Source of the DNA: an uncultured virus (IMG/VR IMGVR_UViG_3300021400_004213)
Taxonomy: Duplodnaviria; Heunggongvirae; Uroviricota; Caudoviricetes
Virus record (IMG/VR): IMGVR_UViG_3300021400_004213
Direction: 5' to 3' (one strand)
Length of the DNA: 64,000 nucleotides
The notes beneath the pieces are model-generated. The model saw only the letters and a program-made list of their open reading frames with translations. It was not told where the DNA came from and did no database searches. Of the stretch, positions 10,323-20,476 are shown piece after piece. A program made the translations under genes and the position numbers. Each line of letters begins with the position of its first letter. Within the stretch, counting starts at the first letter, position 1.

Positions 10323-12740
10323 ATGTATCAGATCGTAAAACGAAACGGTACTATCGTACCTTTCGACTTAAATAAGATTGTTGTCGCCATCGGTAAAGCA
10401 TTCACATCCTTAAACAAGGACGTTCAGCCTGACGTTCTTCAGCTTCTCGCTGTTCGTGCCGTCGCCGATGCCGAAAAGAAAGCAAAAGACGACAAACTTG
10501 CCGTTGAAGACATTCAGGACTCTGTTGAAAAAGTCCTGTCTGAAGCAGGTTACTTTGACGTTGCTAAAGCATACATTCTGTATCGTCAGCAGCACGCCAA
10601 TATTCGTAAAACCCAGAGTACTCTTCTGAACTACCAGAAGGTAGTCGATGACTATCTGAAGATTGCCGACTGGCGTGTCAAAGAGAATTCCACCGTTTCT
10701 TATTCTCTTGGTGGATTGATTCTCGGTAACTCTGGTGCTATCACAGCCAACTATTGGTTGTCTGAGATTTATGACAAAGAGATTGCCGACGCACATCGTG
10801 ACGTTAGAATGCACATTCATGATCTCTCCATGCTCAGTGCCTACTGTGCTGGTTGGAATCTGAAACAGCTGATTGAAGTTGGTATTTCTGGCGTTGGCGG
10901 ACGTATCGCCTCCAAGCCTGCATCCCATCTAAGCACTCTGTGCAACCAGATGGTCAACTTCCTCGGCATTATGCAGAATGAATGGGCTGGCGCACAGGCA
11001 TTCTCATCTTTCGACACCTACCTTGCACCGTTTGTCAAGGTTGATAACCTCGACTTCAAACAGGTCAAGCAAGGCATTCAGAGCTTCGTCTTCGGTGTAA
11101 ATACACCGTCACGTTGGGGCACACAGGCACCATTCTCCAATATTACATTGGACTGGAAGGTTCCTGATGACCTGAAAGATCTTCCTGCCATTGTCGGTGG
11201 CAAAGAGATGGACTTCACCTATGGTGACTGTCAGAAAGAAATGGATATGGTCAACAAGGCATTCATTGAAGTCATGATCGAAGGCGATGCCAACGGTCGT
11301 GGATTCCAGTATCCTATTCCGACCTATTCCATCACACCTGACTTTGATTGGTCAGATACTGAGAACAACAGAATGCTGTTCGAGATGACTGCGAAGTATG
11401 GTATCCCGTACTTCTCCAACTATGTCAACTCTGACATGAAGCCATCTGACATTCGTTCGATGTGCTGCCGTCTGCGTCTTGATCTCCGTGAACTTCGCAA
11501 GAAGACAGGCGGTTTCTTCGGCGCTGGTGAATCCACAGGCTCTATCGGTGTCGTTACACTGAACCTTCCGAGACTTGCTTACGAATCCAAATCTGAAGAA
11601 GAATTCTACAAGAATCTTGACGCTCTGATGGATATCGCGGCACGTTCCTTAAAGGTGAAGAGAAATGTCGTATCCAAACTGCTCGATGCTGGTTTGTATC
11701 CTTATACCAAGGCATACCTTGGCAACTTCAATAACCACTTCAGCACTATCGGCATCGTCGGTATGAATGAAGCAGGACTTAACGCCTGCTGGTTGAGGAA
11801 GGATATGACCCATCCTGAAACTCAGAAGTTTGCCATTAATGTTCTGAATCACATGCGTGAACGTCTATCCGACTATCAGGAACAGTATGGCGACCTTTAT
11901 AACCTTGAAGCAACTCCTGCGGAGTCTACAGCTTATCGTTTCGCTAAGCATGATAAGGAAAAGTATCCTGACATCATCACAGCAAACATGAACGGTACAC
12001 CGTACTACACCAACTCCACTCACCTGCCTGTCGGCTACAGTGAAGACATCTTCAGTGCCCTCGATATTCAGGACGAACTGCAGACACTTTACACCTCTGG
12101 TACCGTATTCCACGGCTTCCTCGGTGAAAAGCTTCCAAGCTGGAAATCTGCTATGGAATTGGTGAGAAAGATTGCTGAGAACTATCGTCTGCCATATTAC
12201 ACCTTAAGTCCTACTTACTCTGTATGTATGGACCACGGCTATCTGACAGGCGAACAGGACACTTGTCCGTATTGTGGCAAGCCGACTGAAGTCTACAGCC
12301 GTATCACAGGTTACTATCGTGCCGTTCAGAACTGGAACGATGGTAAAGCCCAGGAATTTAAGGATCGCAAGACCTATGATATTGGCCACAGTCATATCAC
12401 CCACCATGGTCCTCTGAATAGTCTTCCGTCCGATGTCAAGAAGACACCTGAACATACCTGTGATGAGAACGGATGCCACATTGACTTTAGCAAAGCAAAT
12501 AACAATGCAAAAGGAACGAATACAGCAGGTCTTCGACTCGTCACAACAAAGACTTGCCCAAAGTGCAAGATTATTAAAGAGTTCCTGAACGAGAATAACA
12601 TTCCATTCGAAAATATCTTCGCAGAAGATAACATTGACTTTGTTCAGAATCTCGGTATTACCGAGGCACCTACGTTGATCCTGCCTGACGGTACCCTTAT
12701 CACAGGCATTGGTCATATTAGAGCTCATTTCACAAAGTAA
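10323..12740 (+). CDS. nrdD: class III anaerobic ribonucleoside-triphosphate reductase with ATP cone and C-terminal glutaredoxin-like domain
   Basis: AGGAGG RBS at 10307; IVKRNG ATP cone; SMCCRL; YSRITGYY glycyl radical loop; C-terminal TCPKC...TEAPTL. Confidence 0.95.
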   Translation: MYQIVKRNGTIVPFDLNKIVVAIGKAFTSLNKDVQPDVLQLLAVRAVADAEKKAKDDKLAVEDIQDSVEKVLSEAGYFDVAKAYILYRQQHANIRKTQSTLLNYQKVVDDYLKIADWRVKENSTVSYSLGGLILGNSGAITANYWLSEIYDKEIADAHRDVRMHIHDLSMLSAYCAGWNLKQLIEVGISGVGGRIASKPASHLSTLCNQMVNFLGIMQNEWAGAQAFSSFDTYLAPFVKVDNLDFKQVKQGIQSFVFGVNTPSRWGTQAPFSNITLDWKVPDDLKDLPAIVGGKEMDFTYGDCQKEMDMVNKAFIEVMIEGDANGRGFQYPIPTYSITPDFDWSDTENNRMLFEMTAKYGIPYFSNYVNSDMKPSDIRSMCCRLRLDLRELRKKTGGFFGAGESTGSIGVVTLNLPRLAYESKSEEEFYKNLDALMDIAARSLKVKRNVVSKLLDAGLYPYTKAYLGNFNNHFSTIGIVGMNEAGLNACWLRKDMTHPETQKFAINVLNHMRERLSDYQEQYGDLYNLEATPAESTAYRFAKHDKEKYPDIITANMNGTPYYTNSTHLPVGYSEDIFSALDIQDELQTLYTSGTVFHGFLGEKLPSWKSAMELVRKIAENYRLPYYTLSPTYSVCMDHGYLTGEQDTCPYCGKPTEVYSRITGYYRAVQNWNDGKAQEFKDRKTYDIGHSHITHHGPLNSLPSDVKKTPEHTCDENGCHIDFSKANNNAKGTNTAGLRLVTTKTCPKCKIIKEFLNENNIPFENIFAEDNIDFVQNLGITEAPTLILPDGTLITGIGHIRAHFTK

Positions 12741-12760
12741 CTTTTATTCATCCCCTCTTT

Positions 12761-12800
12761 AGAAGCGGCAGGAGCAAAAGCTCCTGTCGTTTCTTTTTTT
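12761..12800 (+). terminator. rho-independent terminator after nrdD
   Basis: GCGGCAGGAGC-AAAA-GCTCCTGTCGT followed by a T-tract. Confidence 0.85.
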
Positions 12801-12806
12801 CATATA

Positions 12807-12835
12807 TAGACATTTGCTCATTTATCTGCTAAAAT
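12807..12835 (+). promoter_or_regulatory. sigmaA-type promoter with operator in the spacer
   Basis: TAGACA-17 bp-TGnTAAAAT; CTCATTTATCTG box at 12817-12828. Confidence 0.65.
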
Positions 12836-12898
12836 AAATACGATATAAACACCGATAACACACAATATTATCGGTTAACCGATAAAGGAGATGCAGCA

Positions 12899-14554
12899 AT
12901 GGCTATGAATGATATCAGATTATGGCATGTTACCGCTCTCTGGCAAAGGAAAGATGCTCATCTCAAAAAAGAATTCATTGCATCTGCACCAACCAAAGAA
13001 GCAGCGATTAAATCTGCAGAAAGCAGATTACCGATTAATATTCGCAAAGCCGACGGATACAAAACATCCGCACGTGATTTAGGCACGATCAAAGATAATA
13101 AGATTTGGTTCAGTTCAGATGTCACGTCTAATGCCGTCATACGAATCGATGATCCGTTAGTTACATCAGAACTTATCGATTTATTCACTCTCTTATGGGG
13201 ACAAGAAATTGGATGGAGATCCACCAATCAATCTGCCACAGAAAAAGATAAACTGATTCTCAACAGATTGAGAGATGATAAAAATCGAAGAGAACTTATT
13301 CCACAATGGGCGGACGAATGCCTTCAGTTTCCTGAAACTGATACATCCGACTTTTTCCGTACTAAACTTTCCGAATATCTTGGCTCTGATGTAAAAAACA
13401 TGGAAGATATGATTCCAGTCAGTGATGACGAATACGACATGATTATGTCTAATGCTCGTGATAAAGCAAATGCTATTATCAACGAAGCACGTCAATCCGC
13501 AGATGACATCAGAACACAACTTGCCGAAGAAACAGCAAACTTAGCAAAAATCGCCGCTGCGTTAACGGGCCAAATGTCATGGAGAAACGTAACATCAAAT
13601 GTAGCGTCTATTAACACAGACGTTGTTGAAGATAAAGAAGAAATTCCACAGGATTCAGAACCAGAAACTGAAACATCCGATATTATCGTCGATGACGAAA
13701 CACAGGATGATGTCATCGAAACAAATCCCGATGACAATGACGATAGTGATAACATCAATATCGACAATACTGAACCTGAAGAAACGACAACTGATACACC
13801 TCTTGATAACACAGATACCGAGGATGACATACCAGTTGACGAAAATGTCGAAAGCCACAAGGAAGAATCCATCGACGAAACAATCGACAATTCAACAACC
13901 GACGATACACCACCAGAGGATGAACCAACAAACATCCCCGATGACAAAGATAACAAAGAAGATAACATAGAAGATTCCAATAAGTCTATAGAAGAATCCA
14001 TCGAAAATAAAAACGATACGTTGGAAGAAAACAACGAAGAGGAAGAAGCAGATGATGAACCATCTGCAGCCGACTACTTTGATGACTTCCCAGATTGGGA
14101 CGAATTTGACGAAACGCCAACACAAGAAGAGTTCCACATCTATCACGATGAAGATTTCGAACCATCTATCGATGATCTCATCTCCCCTTCCGATAACACG
14201 GAAAATGAAGATGCGAACAATGAAGTTGAAAACTCATCAGAAACACTTATTTCAGAACAAAAAGCATATGAAATTCTTCTATCGTTTCAATCAGACATTT
14301 TGATGGAAGCCCTTGATGATCTCACAATCATGACCATCGACAAAGGGCGTAAAAAGAAACAAAACCATGATCCTGCAAAGAAGACACTCAATGAAGCATA
14401 TCCTCTTACACCAGATATGTCTGAAGCAGATAAAGTCGCACACTTAGTCAAATTCATTGACTCATGTGATGACAAAAACGGAATGCCTGCTACTGTATAT
14501 GTCTACACTAAGTACACCATTCCAGAAGATACAGATGATGAACCATTCACCTAA
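12899..14554 (+). CDS. hypothetical protein with long Asp/Glu-rich disordered region
   Basis: AAGGAG RBS; coiled coil, then roughly 220 aa of D/E/T/N low-complexity sequence. Confidence 0.8.
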   Translation: MAMNDIRLWHVTALWQRKDAHLKKEFIASAPTKEAAIKSAESRLPINIRKADGYKTSARDLGTIKDNKIWFSSDVTSNAVIRIDDPLVTSELIDLFTLLWGQEIGWRSTNQSATEKDKLILNRLRDDKNRRELIPQWADECLQFPETDTSDFFRTKLSEYLGSDVKNMEDMIPVSDDEYDMIMSNARDKANAIINEARQSADDIRTQLAEETANLAKIAAALTGQMSWRNVTSNVASINTDVVEDKEEIPQDSEPETETSDIIVDDETQDDVIETNPDDNDDSDNINIDNTEPEETTTDTPLDNTDTEDDIPVDENVESHKEESIDETIDNSTTDDTPPEDEPTNIPDDKDNKEDNIEDSNKSIEESIENKNDTLEENNEEEEADDEPSAADYFDDFPDWDEFDETPTQEEFHIYHDEDFEPSIDDLISPSDNTENEDANNEVENSSETLISEQKAYEILLSFQSDILMEALDDLTIMTIDKGRKKKQNHDPAKKTLNEAYPLTPDMSEADKVAHLVKFIDSCDDKNGMPATVYVYTKYTIPEDTDDEPFT

Positions 14555-14574
14555 ATAGTAAAACCAAATAAAAC

Positions 14575-14614
14575 AAAATCTCACACCTTGCTATTATGCA
14601 AAGTGTGAGATTTT
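14575..14614. terminator. bidirectional terminator
   Basis: AAAATCTCACAC...GTGTGAGATTTT between convergent genes. Confidence 0.7.
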
Positions 14615-14710
14615 CAATTTTAAGCACATTTTTATGAAAATATGAAAAACAATACGTTTCAAACCGAAACTTGGCTCTCCGTTAAAATTTGGCGCATAAA
14701 AGTCTATATT

Positions 14711-15331
14711 TTAGTATCTAATCCACTGATACAAATATACAAATCCCCTACGGGATATGACGCACAAAAAAAGACAAAACAAAACAATCGTCACTAAAAG
14801 CCACGTCTCGGACTTCTCTCCCGCTTTATACAGTTTCAAAAAATGACCACGTGCCACAAAAGCTCCATTCGGATACTCTCTATACTTCGTAAAAGGATAC
14901 CAGAAACATACACCTGCTGCCGACACAGCATCTAACACTAGATGAAGACCGTATCCTATTACAAAAAAACGAAACACAGGCACATATATCGAAATAAATA
15001 TCGGTATAATCAACGCCCATGCACTATGTGTCCATGTTCTATGTTTAATCGGTAAATGTAAATGACGACCTAATAACGAATCTTTAGAATCTATATCTGG
15101 CATCAAACTACCCAACCATAACATGATTGCAGCCGCAAGCAAATATGCAGGAAATGATAACAACAAGCCTTTATCAAGATTCAACGATAAAGGCTCAGGA
15201 AAACCCAAAGATAACAATCCCCTGTTCATACGGGAAATAGCGTCAGATGATGACGCAGCCAAGGCGGCACAACATGTCGTTCCAGCTATCGTTATCGAGG
15301 CATTTACAATCACATGGTTTTTTCCCATCAT
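14711..15331 (-). CDS. YdjM-like membrane metal-dependent hydrolase
   Basis: MGKNH, LMPDID, HRTWTHS, HLVLD. Confidence 0.8.
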   Translation of the reverse strand: MMGKNHVIVNASITIAGTTCCAALAASSSDAISRMNRGLLSLGFPEPLSLNLDKGLLLSFPAYLLAAAIMLWLGSLMPDIDSKDSLLGRHLHLPIKHRTWTHSAWALIIPIFISIYVPVFRFFVIGYGLHLVLDAVSAAGVCFWYPFTKYREYPNGAFVARGHFLKLYKAGEKSETWLLVTIVLFCLFLCVISRRGFVYLYQWIRY

Positions 15332-15558
15332 GGCAAACACCACCAACTTTTATTTTTTCGACATTATAACACATAAATCAATAAAACAAAACACTACATA
15401 AACTAAATTTACATAAATAAATAGCCCGCCCAGCGAATACGTCACACTGGGCGGCGAGATACATTACGCAATTTCCAATTGCTAAATGCTAAATACAAAA
15501 AGCATAATAAAACAAAAAGAAACGGTATCAAAAAATTACCAGAAAGGAAACAAAAATT

Positions 15559-16773
15559 ATGAAATTCAACGACATTCTTATGAAACTCGTTGACGCTGAC
15601 ATCGAGAATGGTCTTATCCCCATGCTCCTGGGAGAGCCTGGTATCGGTAAGTCCAGTTGGGTTGAAGCCCTCGGTCAGCGTAACTGCACAGCCGTATTTG
15701 TGCTTCCCTGTAACCAGCTTGCTGATAAAGCCGACCTGACAGGCGCTCGTCTTGTTCCCATTGAAGGCACCAACGAATACAAGATGGTATTCTATCCTCA
15801 CTCTGTCATCATGGATGCCATCATGTATGCAAATGAGCATCCGCGTGAACAGCCGATTCTGTTCATGGATGAGTTGAATCGTACCACACCTGACGTTACG
15901 TCCGCATGCCTGTCCATTCCTACTCAGCGTAAGATTGGTGACAAGCGTCTTCCGCAGAATCTGCGTATCATTACCGCAGGTAACGACAAGGGTAACATTA
16001 CTTCCCTTGATGAAGCCAGCATTTCCCGTTTCGTGCTGTACAATGTCGCTCCCGACGTCGATACCTTCCTCGGTCTTGACACAAATCTGAACATCTTCGT
16101 CAAGCAGGTACTGCTCGACCATCCCGAAACCATCTTCTGCAAGAAAATCCGTGCCGTCAGTGGTTCTTCCACCGACGTAGATGAAGATGATGAAGTCGAT
16201 ATCGACGCCATCGTTGACGATGCTGAAGAAATGAACCAGATTGCGACTCCTCGTACCATCATGGGCGTCTCCAAGTGGCTGAATAGCTTCAGCAACACCG
16301 ATCTCGTAGACCTGCTCACCGACACCCGTCAGATTGACGGCGTTGAAGTGTCCGCTCTTCAGGAAGCCCTTGAAGGTCACACAGGTAAGACCAGCTTCAC
16401 TGCTTTCCTGCTCGCTGAGATTGCATCTAAAGTCAGCACCGTAAACAATCAGAGTAACTCTATCAATGTCACGAAGCCTCAGTGCTACGACAAGATGAAG
16501 GCTTGTCCCGATATGGGCGCGCTGAACGACTTTGTCGCCGACATGAACGACGCCGAAAAGTCTGGTTGCCTCGTCTACAGCCTGTACGAAAAGACTGATA
16601 ACAGCCGTTACATTCGTGTTCTGGCTCCCGCCACTGACGTGATCGGCACGCCTGACATGAAGCTGCTCATGAACCTCGCAGCAAACGACATGCTCGATGA
16701 GGGCAACAAGGACGCTCTGATGAAGTGTTCTTGCAATATCAGCCAGACTCTGTCTATCATCCTGAACACCTAA
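15559..16773 (+). CDS. MoxR/dynein-related AAA+ ATPase
   Basis: GEPGIGKS, LFMDELNR, ITAGN, SRF, TPR. Confidence 0.85.
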   Translation: MKFNDILMKLVDADIENGLIPMLLGEPGIGKSSWVEALGQRNCTAVFVLPCNQLADKADLTGARLVPIEGTNEYKMVFYPHSVIMDAIMYANEHPREQPILFMDELNRTTPDVTSACLSIPTQRKIGDKRLPQNLRIITAGNDKGNITSLDEASISRFVLYNVAPDVDTFLGLDTNLNIFVKQVLLDHPETIFCKKIRAVSGSSTDVDEDDEVDIDAIVDDAEEMNQIATPRTIMGVSKWLNSFSNTDLVDLLTDTRQIDGVEVSALQEALEGHTGKTSFTAFLLAEIASKVSTVNNQSNSINVTKPQCYDKMKACPDMGALNDFVADMNDAEKSGCLVYSLYEKTDNSRYIRVLAPATDVIGTPDMKLLMNLAANDMLDEGNKDALMKCSCNISQTLSIILNT

Positions 16774-16805
16774 TATCACCTCTCGACGAAAGGAGAACTA
16801 CAACA

Positions 16806-18464
16806 ATGAATATTGTTAATCAGAAACCTGTAGTTCTGACACCCGTCTACAGTGATAACATCAAAAAGGACTACGACCCCGTGGGCCTGCTGAAGCAGAC
16901 CATCGTGGAACCTTTGTTCACACCGCTGCTTCCAGGCTCACCCGTGAGTATGTCTGCCAACAACAAACCTATCACAGAGGACGATATCACCGATTTAATC
17001 GTTCGCTGTTGTGGTGAACAGGTTGATATTGTTGCAGAACAGTCTGCGAAAACCATCCTCGGTCAGACACTCATGACATATAACGCAAAGACGAACATCG
17101 GCGTGTCCGAACTCTTTGTCGTACAGTCTGCTACAGCAGAAAATCTGCCTGAGCCTGACAGCAACGTAGTCTATACTCCTGCAGCTGATGTCATTCCTAC
17201 AGCAAGACAGTTCCTTGCAGGAACTTGCTCATACGACAAGTTCTTTGCATCCCTTGCCTACTACGCAAGACCCGAAACCCTCGGATTCTACTTCGTTAAC
17301 GAAGTGGCATTCACAAACTTCATTCAGTGGTTCACTCAGCAGATGGCTATGCTCGGTAGCGTACTTACGCCCGACGTAAACAAACTTGCCGCTGACTTCA
17401 TGCAGCTGACGTTGCCTGGACTCACCGAATCGTTGCTGCTCCGCAATAACGACACAGACGGAACAGATCCGCTGTGCTTCCCTCGTTTGATTACGAACCT
17501 GCTGATGCAGTACACCAACGTAGCAGGACCTGCCGAATATGGCGTATTGCCATTCAACGTTGGTGAACTTATCAACCCTAAAACAATTGTCTTTGTCAAT
17601 GTTGAAAAGCATTCCCGTGCAACCGCAAGACAGGTTGCCGATGAATGGAAACTTATCAACAACTGTCTCCAGAAAAACCAGCGACCAAAGATGATTTCCA
17701 ATAAGTCTCTTCAGAGACTTACCGCAGTCCAGAGAAACATGCAAAAGATTGCCAGCATGGCAGCCACCGCAGCGGCTAACCAGTCGATGCAGGCTATGCG
17801 TGCCGCAAATATGCGTTTCTCTAAGACCAGACCCACTACGGTCAATATGACACGAGTCATCAAGAAGATTCTTGACAAGATGGCGTTCACGAACAAGTCC
17901 ATGAACATCTTCAAATCTGTCAAGACTTCGTTTGCAAAACCGAACCGTAGAGACCCCGATGATTACAACAAACAGGGCAAAGTTATCTCTACAAGATACA
18001 AGCCCGACTTGCATCTGTACATCGACACATCAGGCTCCATTTCGGAGAGAGACTATGAAGATGCCGTCAAGGCATGCATCGCAATGGCGAAGAAACTCAA
18101 CATTAACATGTACTTCAACTCTTTCTCTCACATTATGAGCCAGACTACAAGACTTCATCTTGAAGGCAAATCCAAATCTGCCATCTATGAAGAATTCCGT
18201 CGTGTACCGAAGGTCAGCGGCGGTACTGACTACGAACAGATTTGGCACTTCATCAACAAGTCGAAGAAGAGGTGTCGTGAACTGTCCATCATCATCTCCG
18301 ACTTCGAATGGACAGCAAGGTCTGCCTATGTCAGACATCCGAAGAATCTCTACTACATCCCTTGTTCAACTATGAACTGGGACTACATCACACGTGAAGC
18401 AGAACATTTCTGCAAGTCCGCGCTTCATAACGAGCCGAACATCAGGAACCACGTTCTCTTCTGA
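16806..18464 (+). CDS. VWA (MIDAS) domain protein, probable MoxR partner
   Basis: YIDTSGSIS, GGTDY, IISD; AAGGAG RBS before ATG 16806. Confidence 0.8.
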   Translation: MNIVNQKPVVLTPVYSDNIKKDYDPVGLLKQTIVEPLFTPLLPGSPVSMSANNKPITEDDITDLIVRCCGEQVDIVAEQSAKTILGQTLMTYNAKTNIGVSELFVVQSATAENLPEPDSNVVYTPAADVIPTARQFLAGTCSYDKFFASLAYYARPETLGFYFVNEVAFTNFIQWFTQQMAMLGSVLTPDVNKLAADFMQLTLPGLTESLLLRNNDTDGTDPLCFPRLITNLLMQYTNVAGPAEYGVLPFNVGELINPKTIVFVNVEKHSRATARQVADEWKLINNCLQKNQRPKMISNKSLQRLTAVQRNMQKIASMAATAAANQSMQAMRAANMRFSKTRPTTVNMTRVIKKILDKMAFTNKSMNIFKSVKTSFAKPNRRDPDDYNKQGKVISTRYKPDLHLYIDTSGSISERDYEDAVKACIAMAKKLNINMYFNSFSHIMSQTTRLHLEGKSKSAIYEEFRRVPKVSGGTDYEQIWHFINKSKKRCRELSIIISDFEWTARSAYVRHPKNLYYIPCSTMNWDYITREAEHFCKSALHNEPNIRNHVLF

Positions 18465-18560
18465 TACCGTTTCTCTCCAAAGGGACAGGGCGGGTAATAC
18501 CCCCAACCCGTCCTGTTTCCTACGGAACCATTCATCAAAAAATTAAAGGAGAACTGCCAT

Positions 18561-20411
18561 ATGGGCATCAAAAATTTCACAGGGCAAGACCCTGATAACA
18601 ACAGCAATAGTGGTGGTCTTCCTCCCACAGGCGGAAATGGCGGCGGAATGCCAGCCATCTTTCCTGGTATGGATATCCCTGGCGCACTCGACCCCATGGA
18701 AATGCTGATCAACTACAATGACGAGTTTAAGACCGCTGGTCCAACTCTCTATCGAGAGGAAGTTGTTCAGCAGACACTCAGCGTTCTTATCGGCAAGAAC
18801 AAGCCCAATGCATTGCTTGTCGGTCCTGCTGGTGTCGGTAAAACAAAAATCGTCGAAGACATCGCCTATCGTCTCGCAAACGATGACCCGCTTATCCCTG
18901 ACAAACTGAAAGGTCTTATCATATATGAACTTCCATTATCAAACGTCGTTTCAGGAAGTTCCCTTGTCGGTCAGTTGGAAGAAAAGGTTCTCGCTGTCGT
19001 AGACTTCATCGAAGACCCAAAGAACAAAGCCATCCTTTTCATGGATGAAATCCATCAGCTGGTATCTTCCACTTCACCTACGTATCAGAAGGTCGCACAG
19101 ATTCTCAAGCCTGCCCTTGCCAGAGGCAAGATGAAGGTTATCGGCGCAACCACTACACAGGAAGCCAAGGATATGATGGACGACCCTGCATTCAACAGAC
19201 GATTCTCTAAGATCATCGTCGATGAATTAACCAAGGCTCAGACGGTTGACATCCTCATCGCAGCTAAAGCTGGCTTCCTCGCACATCACAATCATCGCAT
19301 TGCTCTGAATGATGATATTCTTCAGACCGTGGTTGAACTTGCTGAGCAGTACAAGCCTGCTGGCAGTCATAGACCTGACAATGCACTTACACTGCTTGAC
19401 AGAACCATTGGCGATGCTATCATCAACCGCAAAAAGCAGGAAATTCTGCTCTCGAAAGACCCTAATCAGGCAACGGCTTTGGCTGCGCTCAAAGCCATCA
19501 AGCAGATTCCTGTCACAGAAAAACAGATTCGTCAGACAGCCGTCAAGTTGGCTACTGGCAACAGCAAGCCTGATACACTTGACATTGATGCGCTGAAACA
19601 GGCACTTTCTGCCATTAAGGGACAGGATACCATCATCAACCAGTTGATTCTGGAACTTCGCAAGCATGAGATGAATCTCCTGCCTACTACTCAGCCTATG
19701 ACGCTCCTTTTCATCGGACCGTCAGGTGTCGGTAAGACAGAAGTTACAAAAATCATCGCACGTGCAATCACAGGTTGTCCGCCTATCGTCCTCAACATGA
19801 CGGAATATAATTCCGCAGCATCTGTAAACCGCATCATCGGTTCCCCTGCAGGATACGTCGGAAGTGACTCTCATGCTGAGCTTCCTTTCGATGCTCTCGA
19901 ATCAAACCCGTATCAGATCATTCTGCTTGACGAGTTTGAAAAATGTGACGATGCCGTCAAGAAACTGTTCATGCAGGTCTTTGACGAAGGATATCTTAAA
20001 ACAAATAAGGGTTCCACAATCGACTTCTCACGTTCGATTATCATCGCAACGACCAATGCTGGTCACGATGTTGTCGAACAGCCTCTCGGCTTTATGAGCC
20101 GTATGGCAACACAGAACACCAAAACAGCCGTAAAAGATCTTACAGGCTACTTCGATATTGCTCTTCTGAACCGATTCAAGGACAGAATTACGTTCAATGC
20201 GATCAGCAAGGACGTTTATCGTGAAATTATCATTGCGAAATATCATAAAGCATTGGCTACCATTCGTGCATCCAAGCAGCGTGTTACGCTTCCCGATGAT
20301 ATTCCTGATGACGTACTTGATAAAATCGTCGAAGAAACTTACGTTCCTGAATTCGGTGCAAGGCCCGCAGCTAAAGCAGTCGAAGATTTCATCTACGGAG
20401 AGGTGCTGTAA
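18561..20411 (+). CDS. Clp/Hsp100 double-AAA+ ATPase lacking the N-terminal domain
   Basis: GPAGVGKT/MDEIH/GATT; GPSGVGKT/GSPAGYVG/LDEFEK; PLGF loop; FGARP. Confidence 0.9.
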   Translation: MGIKNFTGQDPDNNSNSGGLPPTGGNGGGMPAIFPGMDIPGALDPMEMLINYNDEFKTAGPTLYREEVVQQTLSVLIGKNKPNALLVGPAGVGKTKIVEDIAYRLANDDPLIPDKLKGLIIYELPLSNVVSGSSLVGQLEEKVLAVVDFIEDPKNKAILFMDEIHQLVSSTSPTYQKVAQILKPALARGKMKVIGATTTQEAKDMMDDPAFNRRFSKIIVDELTKAQTVDILIAAKAGFLAHHNHRIALNDDILQTVVELAEQYKPAGSHRPDNALTLLDRTIGDAIINRKKQEILLSKDPNQATALAALKAIKQIPVTEKQIRQTAVKLATGNSKPDTLDIDALKQALSAIKGQDTIINQLILELRKHEMNLLPTTQPMTLLFIGPSGVGKTEVTKIIARAITGCPPIVLNMTEYNSAASVNRIIGSPAGYVGSDSHAELPFDALESNPYQIILLDEFEKCDDAVKKLFMQVFDEGYLKTNKGSTIDFSRSIIIATTNAGHDVVEQPLGFMSRMATQNTKTAVKDLTGYFDIALLNRFKDRITFNAISKDVYREIIIAKYHKALATIRASKQRVTLPDDIPDDVLDKIVEETYVPEFGARPAAKAVEDFIYGEVL

Positions 20412-20476
20412 TACAGCCCTCTTCCGTCAGATGACGGAAAAAAATTCACTATAACAAAAATTAAAAGGAGATAACT

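Noticed and set aside
13600..14250. Possible tandem repeat or array
   Set aside because: Low-complexity Asp/Glu coding sequence with no fixed repeat unit
15442..16779. 445-aa minus-strand ORF
   Set aside because: Antisense to the MoxR ATPase, which has clear motifs and an RBS
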